From Neovahlkampfia damariscottae (Eukaryota): DNA of 33,855 nucleotides. The position numbers were made by a program, and so were the translations under genes. The stretch covers positions 1 to 33,855 of the forward strand of contig JABLTG010000194.1 of assembly GCA_016618085.1 (NCBI GenBank), in the 5' to 3' direction. The notes under the pieces were generated by a model. That model ran no database searches. It was not told the DNA's origin and worked only from the letters and a program-made list of their open reading frames with translations. Shown in pieces: positions 1-7,550 of this stretch; position 1 is the first letter of the stretch, and every line of letters begins with the position of its first letter.

Positions 1-2
1 GC

Positions 3-533
3 AAACAAACTTATGAATATGTCGGTGAGCCCTTATTTCATTGGTACAAACATTTGAATGCAGCTGTTGGAAAATACAATAATAACTTTCATAGCACCAT
101 CAAACAAAAGCCGATTGATGTTTGGCTATCAGAATCTGTTGATCCTGAAAATGCATCTGTAAACAATCAAAATATTACAAGAGTTGAACCAAACCTCAAA
201 GTTGGCGACACTGTAAGAACTACATCCAAGAAAAAAATATTTGACAAGGGTGATGCATTGAAAACTTCAAAAACTCTCTATACAATCGTTGAAAAAGTTG
301 GAAAACGATACAAATTGAAAAATATAGAAACAGGAAATGATATTAAACGCTTGTACCCTCATTTTGAACTTGTAATTTCATCACCAAATAAAAAAGAAAG
401 TGAACCAATACAACCAGAGATATTACCAATTTCAAAAACATCTGTTTTTGAGGAAGAAGAAAATCCACCAATAAAACGATACATTGGATCTACACCAGTT
501 AAATCCAGAAAAAATAGGAAAAAAGTGGAATAA
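3..533 (+). CDS. Retroviral-type (rve) integrase, Polinton/mavirus-like, C-terminal part (5'-truncated by window)
   Basis: Frame is open from base 3 (KQTYEYVGEPLFHWYKHLNAAVGKYNNNFHSTIKQKP). W..L...YN...HSTIK.KP ends the rve core. LKVGDTVR...KKIFDKG...YTI...YKLK matches the SH3-like C-terminal region of Polinton integrases. DDE triad is not in the window and no chromodomain is evident. Confidence 0.85.
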   Translation, partial: KQTYEYVGEPLFHWYKHLNAAVGKYNNNFHSTIKQKPIDVWLSESVDPENASVNNQNITRVEPNLKVGDTVRTTSKKKIFDKGDALKTSKTLYTIVEKVGKRYKLKNIETGNDIKRLYPHFELVISSPNKKESEPIQPEILPISKTSVFEEEENPPIKRYIGSTPVKSRKNRKKVE

Positions 534-619
534 TTAATTATTATTTTTTTGAATTAATTATTTTAATTTCAATTAAACAATTCAAATCATAGTATATACA
601 CATCAAAACACTCCCAAAC

Positions 620-916
620 ATGTCTGACCCATTACAAAAACTTATTAGACTTTCAGAAAACGTATATGATGATGATCTTGAAAAATATCTCAAATTAGAT
701 CTCGATAAATTAGGTGAACTTAAAATGAAATATGGAAAAAACAAAGATAGATCATTTGAAGAAATTGCTGAACTTGAAACACCTGAAGATGAAAAATATT
801 GCAGATGGGTAATTCAAAATCAAAAAAAGATTACTGATAAAAATCCAAGTTTATATCTTTTTAAAGAATATTTATTGAGATTTATCAAAGAAAACAAAGA
901 AATTCTCAAAATGTAA
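620..916 (+). CDS. Small viral protein with ExoX-C/DUF3820-like motif
   Basis: MKYGKNKDRSFEEI...D.KYCRWV resembles the (M)xFGKYKGxxxxEI...Y..W motif; 98 aa, ATG start. Confidence 0.55.
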   Translation: MSDPLQKLIRLSENVYDDDLEKYLKLDLDKLGELKMKYGKNKDRSFEEIAELETPEDEKYCRWVIQNQKKITDKNPSLYLFKEYLLRFIKENKEILKM

Positions 917-925
917 AATTTTACA
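912..925. terminator. Perfect palindrome TGTAAAATTTTACA between convergent viral stops; possible 3'-end signal
   Basis: Self-complementary 14-mer overlapping the stop of ORF 620-916 and next to the stop of ORF 927-1127. Confidence 0.35.
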
Positions 926-926
926 G

Positions 927-1127
927 TTATTCATGTTCATTTTTTGGAACTCCAGAATCTGAATTTACTTGTACAGGTTCAGATAATTCAACACTGCTAC
1001 CACAACAATTTGATCTTTCAATTCTTCGTGAAAATTCAACAAATGCCGTTACTAATGGACCAACACAAATACTGAAAATGATATTAACAATTTGTAAAAT
1101 TAAAATTGATATTTGAAATGAGTCCAT
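927..1127 (-). CDS. Small viral single-pass membrane protein
   Basis: 66 aa; hydrophobic N-terminal stretch (ISILILQIVNIIFSICVGPLVTAFV) followed by RRIERSNCCGS; TATAA just upstream of ATG. Confidence 0.6.
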   Translation of the reverse strand: MDSFQISILILQIVNIIFSICVGPLVTAFVEFSRRIERSNCCGSSVELSEPVQVNSDSGVPKNEHE

Positions 1128-1217
1128 ATTATATTTTATTACAAAAAAAATTAGAATTTTAATTTAAATTAAAATATATCTGGCGAAAAATATAACTTTA
1201 CAGATTTTCGAAAAAAA

Positions 1218-1382
1218 ATGGTAAAAAAGAAATCAGCAAAATCCAAATCAACCCAATCCTCAAAAATACAACCAAAGAAACCTTATTGTGGTTCAAAACC
1301 AATGTTACCAAAAAATTCAAGAGAAGGTACATATGCAGAATGTTACAGAAAAGGACAAGTACGCTTATGTTGTAAAATCTAA
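1218..1382 (+). CDS. Small basic Cys-containing viral protein (54 aa, not in the ORF track)
   Basis: Hand translation MVKKKSAKSKSTQSSKIQPKKPYCGSKPMLPKNSREGTYAECYRKGQVRLCCKI*. A-rich context before ATG, TATAA at 1191. YCG...P...GT..EC.RKGQVR resembles a short motif I recall from giant-virus/virophage proteins (unverified). Confidence 0.6.
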   Translation: MVKKKSAKSKSTQSSKIQPKKPYCGSKPMLPKNSREGTYAECYRKGQVRLCCKI

Positions 1383-1391
1383 GATTTTACA
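1371..1391. repeat. Palindrome copy 1 (core AAAATCT-A-AGATTTT 1374-1388, extends to 21 bp)
   Basis: TGTAAAATCT-A-AGATTTTACA; supplies the TAA of ORF 1218-1382. Confidence 0.9.
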
Positions 1392-1410
1392 GGAAGCCGA
1401 TCGAGCGTGA

Positions 1411-1427
1411 GGTTTGCAAAGCAGGCC
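1411..1427. terminator. GC-rich hairpin between convergent viral genes
   Basis: GGTTTGC-AAA-GCAGGCC, a 7-bp stem with two G-U pairs on the + strand. Confidence 0.35.
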
Positions 1428-1433
1428 GAACAA

Positions 1434-2620
1434 TTAGAATAATCTAGCTCCATATAAATTACAAGCTCCTGCTCCTGCTGTTCTAGTCCAATCAACAATG
1501 ATCAAATTTTTTGAACCTGAAACATTGGAAAATGATGATGTAGATGCATAAATCAAAGTTCCATCGCCAGCAACATCAATTGAAAATATTTGACTGGAAT
1601 CCGCTGCATTTCTGCCTTCTAAATGCCCTGTTGTTCCAGTTTCAACGTTGACAAAAATTTCAACAAGGTTAAATGCTGTATCACCAAATCCATAGTAAAT
1701 TGATTTGTTCCAGTTGCTGCATTTTCACCTGCTTGAGATCCAAATGACCATTTTTGTGCAGATGTTGCAATATCACTCAAATGAGCAATTGTTCCACTTG
1801 AATCTTGTAATGTATGAACTCTAGAACCGGTAGTCGCACCACCAAGTGAATGAAAAGTTGTACCACCAGCATCATTTGTTTTTAAAGTTGAAGAACTTGA
1901 TATACCACCAACACTATACAATTTAGACCCAGAAGCAGTAGCAATTGCTGGTGTTGTATCACCAAGAACAACTATAGCACCAGCAGCAGGTGAAGGTTGC
2001 ATATAAATAGGTGTCCAATTTGCTTCCTGAAGATCGTTTGAACCAACAACAGCAATTTTAGTTCCACCACCACTTTCAGTTGCAGTTCCAATAATTGTGC
2101 AAGGATCAGCTGCAACTGCACTATCAAAGGTTGTTTTTATAGCCCAATTAAAACCAAGTCCACCAGTTGCTCCACCAAATAAACAACCATTATTTACAAT
2201 TGTATTGAATCTCATGATTCCAGTTCCATTTGCATCAATTGTAATATCATCATTGGCACCAACTGATTTAATGGAGTTGCATTGAAGTTCTTCATTTACT
2301 TTTGCTTTATGAACTTCAATTTTGTATTTTGATGAATCTGCATTATCTTGATAAACAATAGGTTGTGAGTTTATCCAAAGTCCTTTATCAAGAGGTAAGT
2401 TGATATTATCACTTGTTGCATCAATATTACTGTCTTTGATTTTATTTGTTCCATCTCCAACAATGATCTTTTCACCACTCAATACATCAGCAGCATTTCT
2501 TTCAACTATATTTGAAATTGTTGGTAATACAGTACCAGCAAATGTCGGTAAATTTTCACAAGTCAAATCCTTGCATTTTGCATGAATTCCGTTATTATCT
2601 TCAGTTAATGTTCTCAACAT
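1434..2620 (-). CDS. Putative virion fibre/spike-like protein interrupted by a 1-nt frameshift (~395 aa if restored)
   Basis: Gly/Thr/Ala/Ser-rich beta-type sequence, divergent from MCP. A second frame opening near 1724 continues SIYYGFGDTAFNLVEIFVNVETG...GACNLYGARLF* to TAA at 1434-1436. Span is 1187 nt = 3n+2. Function inferred from composition and position only. Confidence 0.55.
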
Positions 2621-2750
2621 ATTTTTTCAAAATCTTTGATTCAGTAAAATTTAAAATTTTACAATTATATATTACAGATAAATATTTTTTAATTTAATTT
2701 TTTTAAATTAAAAAGTTTCTGGAGAAAAAGTATAACAATCAAAAAAAAAG

Positions 2751-4496
2751 ATGCAAGCAAGTTTATCGGCAGTACCTTTAAAATTGAATAATGCAGTTCC
2801 AAAATACATGGATCTTAAAAGTGCAAGAGAATTTTCAGTTTTACATGGAAATTCAGAGTTTTCAAGAAAGACATTTAGAGCATCAAACCCAAGCAATTCA
2901 AATGTACATATCAATTGTTTCCCACCTGGAAGTAACACATTAATTAAACCACTTGCTTGGAAAAAAGCAAAAGTCACTTTGACTATTGCTATAACTAAAA
3001 GCACTGGTGGTGATATCGCGAACATTTTAGGAAACACAGATCCATCAATGATTTTAAGAGCAATTCCATTAGAAAAAATCATCCAAACTGAAACCATTAC
3101 AATGAATAACAATTCACTTACTGTAGCGAGACAATCAGAATATTCAGATGCGTTTCATAGATTTGCAAACTCAGTTGATGATAAATTGAACGAATATTCA
3201 AATACTCCTAACCAGTTGGATGAATTTTACACTTATGATTTAGGTACATTGACAATGAAAGATCCATTTGCAAAATATGGAGGAACACAAATTGGAGAAT
3301 CTCGTAGAGCATATGTTGACATCGATTATAGCACAATATTAGCAAAAATTGCAACTGGTTCTGCAACAACAAATTTGACATTGACATTTACAGTTATGGA
3401 ACCAATCAAAATCAGTCCATTTTATTTCCAAGAATATTCAATAACAGGAGTAAACGAGATGACTTATTCTGCAACATTTTCGAATTTTGAAAGAATGGTT
3501 TGCTTAAAAGAGGCTCTTCCAGCTGGAGTTTCAGTGAAAATCAGCGGAAACATAGATTCATATGAGTTACATTTTGAACATTCCAAACCAAAATTGTTGG
3601 CTGATGTTCCTAGCAGCGTTGTTTACCCATACCAAGAAGTTTCATATTATTCTACCGATTCTGTTGATGTTGCTGATGACAATGATTACACTTTACAGTT
3701 CAATGCAATCAATCTTAAGGGTGTCCCAAGAAGAATGCTTATTTGGATCAGTGAAAAATATAGCAACGTTATTGGGGAAGGTGGTGATACTGCAGCAAAT
3801 CTTGCAAAAACTGATACTTCTAAATCTATGATTAAAAATATTTCAATTAACTACAATGGAAGACCTGGAATTCTTGGAGATGCTGATGAAAGAGATTTAT
3901 ATGAAATTACAAAGAGGAATGGTTTGTTAGGTTTAACTTATTCTCAATATTCAAATTGGGTTGGATCTTATGTTGCATTAAATTTTGGAATAGAAATTCC
4001 ATTGCCAGAAGGTGAAGCTCCAGGAACGCTTGCTGGTCCTCAATTGGATTTTACTGTAAAATTCAAACGTATTCCAAACAGTGGAAATAGAACTTTTGTA
4101 TTAAATGCTGCAATTGTTTACGAAGGAACTTGTGTAATTGTCAAAGAATCAAGTGTTATTAAGCAACTTGCTGTTATGCAAGGAGACGACGTAATTGAAG
4201 CAGCTAAGAGTGGATATGATATGGTAACTCCATTAAAATACGAAGAAAATAAATTTGGTGGTAATCCACTTGCTTTATTAGGAGCTCTTTCATCTGCATT
4301 ACCAATTGCAAGAATGATCAGAGGGGCTGTTCAAAAAGGTGCTCCAATTGTAAAAGCTATTGCTGATGGCGCTGAAACAGTTGGATTAGGCGTTGTTGTT
4401 CCAGAACAAAAAGGAAAAAAGCAAACAAAAAAATCAGGAAAAATTAGTGGAGGTCAGTTAATCACAAGAAGTCAAATAAGTGACGAAATATACTAA
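2751..4496 (+). CDS. Virophage major capsid protein (double jelly-roll), Sputnik/Zamilon-like
   Basis: 581 aa. N-terminus VPLKL...MDL...REFSVLHG...FRASNPSNSNVHINCFPPGSNTLI follows the pattern of the Sputnik MCP N-terminus. INLKGVPRRMLIW, IKNISINYNGRPGILG and LNFGIEIPL..GEAPG motifs present; di-glycine at residues 503-504. Confidence 0.93.
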   Translation: MQASLSAVPLKLNNAVPKYMDLKSAREFSVLHGNSEFSRKTFRASNPSNSNVHINCFPPGSNTLIKPLAWKKAKVTLTIAITKSTGGDIANILGNTDPSMILRAIPLEKIIQTETITMNNNSLTVARQSEYSDAFHRFANSVDDKLNEYSNTPNQLDEFYTYDLGTLTMKDPFAKYGGTQIGESRRAYVDIDYSTILAKIATGSATTNLTLTFTVMEPIKISPFYFQEYSITGVNEMTYSATFSNFERMVCLKEALPAGVSVKISGNIDSYELHFEHSKPKLLADVPSSVVYPYQEVSYYSTDSVDVADDNDYTLQFNAINLKGVPRRMLIWISEKYSNVIGEGGDTAANLAKTDTSKSMIKNISINYNGRPGILGDADERDLYEITKRNGLLGLTYSQYSNWVGSYVALNFGIEIPLPEGEAPGTLAGPQLDFTVKFKRIPNSGNRTFVLNAAIVYEGTCVIVKESSVIKQLAVMQGDDVIEAAKSGYDMVTPLKYEENKFGGNPLALLGALSSALPIARMIRGAVQKGAPIVKAIADGAETVGLGVVVPEQKGKKQTKKSGKISGGQLITRSQISDEIY

Positions 4497-4506
4497 TTTT
4501 CGCTCC

Positions 4507-4523
4507 ATCCAACAAAGTTGGAT
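4507..4523. terminator. Perfect hairpin downstream of MCP and of the convergent penton gene
   Basis: ATCCAAC-AAA-GTTGGAT, starting 11 bp after the MCP stop; consistent with hairpin 3'-end signals of mimivirus/Sputnik transcripts. Confidence 0.5.
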
Positions 4524-4594
4524 AAAGCTCATTTCATTCCTCGCGATCATAAAATAAATAAAAGCTAAAAAATTTTTTGATAATGGTGAACAAT

Positions 4595-5656
4595 TTAAAA
4601 TTCATGAAATAGTAATTTTACTGTTGTTAATGAATCACTTGGGACTTCAAGTGGAAAAACTCTTCCATGGATATCTGAATAATAAATTTGAAGATCAATA
4701 TCGGTAATTTCTCTTGAGTCTTCCAAATCTATGAATTCATATTGATTTGCTGAGAAATTTTGAATGCTTCTACAATGAGGAGCATTTGTGCTTTCCAAAT
4801 CAAATTCAAAATTCTTTAATATTTTTTGACTTCCATAACTTGTTTCACTTGCAAAATCAAACGAATTGTTTAAAAATTCAGCTCTAATTGGTAATGAATT
4901 GGTAGTGAATATTAAATTTCTAACTTGATAAAATTTGTATATTGTGCAATATTCTCCTCTGACAATAATTGAACCTACATCTGTGCTGGTATTAATTACA
5001 GAATTTCTTGTGTGTACAACTGTATTGGTTGTCTTATTGGTTCCATTCAAGAATACATCAATTTTTACATATCTTCCTTGATTTAAATCAGTTATTGAAT
5101 GAGTGAAATTATCAAACATCGCCCATAATTTTTTGTTCATATAGAATGTATGTGTCGCCAGCAAGTTCGCAAAACTTTCAGGAAAAACAATATCAACTAT
5201 TGCTCTATCTCGATCATAAATAAAATATGGGATTTGATTGATATTAACTACCGTTCCTGTGCAAGCAGTGACTATTGCTTTGTTTAAAATTTGGATAAAA
5301 TGATCAATTGTGAATATTCTAAGATCGTTGGAATTGTTGGTAAAGCTTTCAAATTGTAAATATGCTTGTTTAACCGTTCCAGATCCATCATCAACTGTAA
5401 CTGAATAGTAATTGTTATCTGCAGTTGCATAACTTTGATTCAAACTAAATGAAGAAAATTGAGTTGATGGAAAATACATAATTGGAACTTTTGAAGTGTC
5501 AACTGAAAATCTTTCTACAGCTAATTTATATTTATAACCAGAGTTAACCAAGTTTGTTGCACGTTTGTCAAAATATCTGAATTCTTTTGGGTTTTCATCT
5601 TTGTTAACAACACCAATATTGTAATAAATATTTTTTCCTTCTCTGTAAAGATCCAT
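4595..5656 (-). CDS. Virophage minor capsid (penton) protein
   Basis: 353 aa; IYYNI...F...R...LV...YKLAVERFSVDTSKVPI and C-terminal IDL...ITDIDLQIYYSD..G..FPL...TVKLLF motifs typical of virophage pentons; adjacent to MCP. Confidence 0.9.
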   Translation of the reverse strand: MDLYREGKNIYYNIGVVNKDENPKEFRYFDKRATNLVNSGYKYKLAVERFSVDTSKVPIMYFPSTQFSSFSLNQSYATADNNYYSVTVDDGSGTVKQAYLQFESFTNNSNDLRIFTIDHFIQILNKAIVTACTGTVVNINQIPYFIYDRDRAIVDIVFPESFANLLATHTFYMNKKLWAMFDNFTHSITDLNQGRYVKIDVFLNGTNKTTNTVVHTRNSVINTSTDVGSIIVRGEYCTIYKFYQVRNLIFTTNSLPIRAEFLNNSFDFASETSYGSQKILKNFEFDLESTNAPHCRSIQNFSANQYEFIDLEDSREITDIDLQIYYSDIHGRVFPLEVPSDSLTTVKLLFHEF

Positions 5657-5717
5657 TTGAAGATTTTAAATTATACCTTTGTAAATAAAAAAATTAAATT
5701 CAAAAAAATCTGAGATC

Positions 5718-5736
5718 TCAAAATCTGAGATTTTGA
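5718..5736. repeat. Palindrome copy 2 (core 5720-5734, centre G), with a partial tandem copy at 5705-5716
   Basis: TCAAAATCT-G-AGATTTTGA; encodes QNLRF* at the end of the protease. Confidence 0.9.
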
Positions 5737-6350
5737 AACAAACGATCAAATAAATTAACAACTACAACATCGTCATAAGTTGCTCGTTCAAAATCTGAGA
5801 TTTTAGGATCGTTCAATAATCCCTCTAATTTTTTTCGACTTAAATCCATCCGTTTTTTGTATTCATTCAACAACAATTCTTTAAACAAAATTCTATTGGC
5901 ACAATGAAAACCACAAGTTTGAGTATTTGCGCCTTGGAAACGGTGTTGATTAAAACTTAGTTTATATGGAGAATTGTACATCAAATAGCTTAAATAGGTG
6001 TGATTTTGAGCCACCAAAATCTTAGATTTTGAAGCATTGTTTTTATATGCAGCTAATTTTAATTGTTTGTCTGGAAATAAACCATATGGATCAAAGAATT
6101 CAACCAATTCCTTTTTTTTATGAAATTTATTTTTTTCAGTTAGTGTATTTATGCAACAATAATGCCCGTAGTTATCTGTTTGGTGATACATAATAATTAC
6201 ACTTCCATTATTCACATGGAGTAAATGTTCTAAAGTATCATATTGATACAATTCATGATAAGAAAGCATTTTATGTTGACCATTAAATATTTTTTCAACT
6301 TGATGGTTGCTGAGTGGGTATTGTTTTAAAAATTCAAGTTTACTTTGCAT
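5718..6350 (-). CDS. Virophage cysteine (adenain/Ulp1-like) maturation protease
   Basis: Ordered catalytic residues H63 (YGHYCC), D87 (EFFDPYG), Q139 and C146 (QTCGFHC); N-terminal YPLSN motif. Confidence 0.92.
   Translation of the reverse strand: MQSKLEFLKQYPLSNHQVEKIFNGQHKMLSYHELYQYDTLEHLLHVNNGSVIIMYHQTDNYGHYCCINTLTEKNKFHKKKELVEFFDPYGLFPDKQLKLAAYKNNASKSKILVAQNHTYLSYLMYNSPYKLSFNQHRFQGANTQTCGFHCANRILFKELLLNEYKKRMDLSRKKLEGLLNDPKISDFERATYDDVVVVNLFDRLFQNLRF
5790..5804. repeat. Palindrome copy 3, inside the protease CDS
   Basis: AAAATCT-G-AGATTTT; encodes KISDF. Confidence 0.9.
6015..6031. repeat. Palindrome copy 4, inside the protease CDS
   Basis: CAAAATCT-T-AGATTTTG; encodes KSKIL. Confidence 0.9.
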
Positions 6351-6468
6351 TTTTCAAAATCTCAGTTTATATTTTCAAAATTATGCTTTGTATAATTTTA
6401 ATTTTATTATTTATTTTAAATTAAAAATTCTATAGAAAGTTATATAAGTTTGGCAAATTTGAAAAAAA

Positions 6469-7479
6469 ATGATTTCTATTGGTTATAAGTTAGACCAAAA
6501 AGCAAAGCCAATTGCTTATGTAAAAGGTGGTGTTGATGATGATAAGGTTATATTCTTGAATAAAGACAATTTAGACGGTACTCTTCAAGAAAAACAAGCA
6601 GAAGAAAAAAAGAAAAAAAAAGTTGATATTTATGATTACATTTCAGAAACTGAACTTCAAAAGAAATTGAAGAAAGTCTATGGTGGAAAAATCCGTTTGA
6701 CAGGTAAAGATTATAAATTGGTTAATCAACTGCTTACAGAAAATATTGAACCTCAAGATGAAAGATTAAAAAAAATTTATGATTTAATGAAGCCAGAAGT
6801 TGAAGCTAGAGCCGAAAAATCTGAATATATTTGTTATGATGGTATTTTACAACAAATGGCACGAAAAAATGAAAACGGTGACATTATTACAAGACAATAT
6901 GTTGCTGCTCCAAGTGAATCTGGAAAATCAACTTATCTTTCAAAATTAGTTCAAGAATACAAAAGATTAAAACCAAAAGCTAAAATTTATTTGTTCAGTG
7001 ATACTCCAAAAGATCCAGTTCTTGATAAACTTGGTGTGATTAGAATAAAATTAGACGAAGAATTAATTGATGATCCAATTGAAGCTGAAGAACTTGCAGG
7101 TGGTGAAGAATCTGATTTTCATAGTTTGGTTATATTAGACGATATTGATAGTATCATCAATAAAAAAATATTCAAACAAGTTACTGCTTTGAGAGATCAA
7201 TTATTACAAAAAGGACGTCATCATAAAATTAGTGTTATTTGTACAAACCACAAACTTACAGATTATAAAAATACATCAATTATTTTAAATGAATCACAAT
7301 TTATAACTTTATTTCCAAAGGCTACTTGCTTAAAGAATTTTAATTACATTTTAAAAACTTATTGTGGAATGTCAGAGGAAGAAATTAATCGTGCATATAA
7401 ATTACCAACAAGATGGGTTACTATTTCAACTACATTTCCAAGATATGTTTTATATCAAAGCGGAGTTTATTTACTTTAA
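6469..7479 (+). CDS. FtsK/HerA-superfamily (A32-like) virophage DNA-packaging ATPase
   Basis: Walker A APSESGKS (147-154), Walker B LVILDD, arginine-finger GRHHKISVI..NH, ILNE motif; N-terminal KPIAYVKGG as in virophage ATPases. Confidence 0.93.
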   Translation: MISIGYKLDQKAKPIAYVKGGVDDDKVIFLNKDNLDGTLQEKQAEEKKKKKVDIYDYISETELQKKLKKVYGGKIRLTGKDYKLVNQLLTENIEPQDERLKKIYDLMKPEVEARAEKSEYICYDGILQQMARKNENGDIITRQYVAAPSESGKSTYLSKLVQEYKRLKPKAKIYLFSDTPKDPVLDKLGVIRIKLDEELIDDPIEAEELAGGEESDFHSLVILDDIDSIINKKIFKQVTALRDQLLQKGRHHKISVICTNHKLTDYKNTSIILNESQFITLFPKATCLKNFNYILKTYCGMSEEEINRAYKLPTRWVTISTTFPRYVLYQSGVYLL

Positions 7480-7496
7480 AAAATCTTAGATTTTTT
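7478..7496. repeat. Palindrome copy 5 (core 7480-7494), abutting the ATPase stop
   Basis: AAAAAATCT-T-AGATTTTTT overlapping TAA 7477-7479. Confidence 0.9.
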
Positions 7497-7550
7497 GTAT
7501 CTCAATATTTTCATTTTAATTTAAATTATTTTATTTTTTAAGTTATAAGA

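Noticed and set aside
541..3831. Short ORFs 541-744, 2097-2285, 2400-2585, 2512-2697, 2708-3112, 3562-3831
   Set aside because: Antisense or off-frame shadows of better supported viral genes, mostly non-ATG starts.
6907..6930. Walker A APSESGKS as a sign of an inactive ATPase
   Set aside because: Still fits [AG]xxxxGK[ST]; Walker B and arginine finger are intact.
1371..7496. Palindromic repeats as a CRISPR or MIMIVIRE-like array
   Set aside because: Only 15 bp, dispersed at irregular distances, no spacer structure and no cas-like genes.
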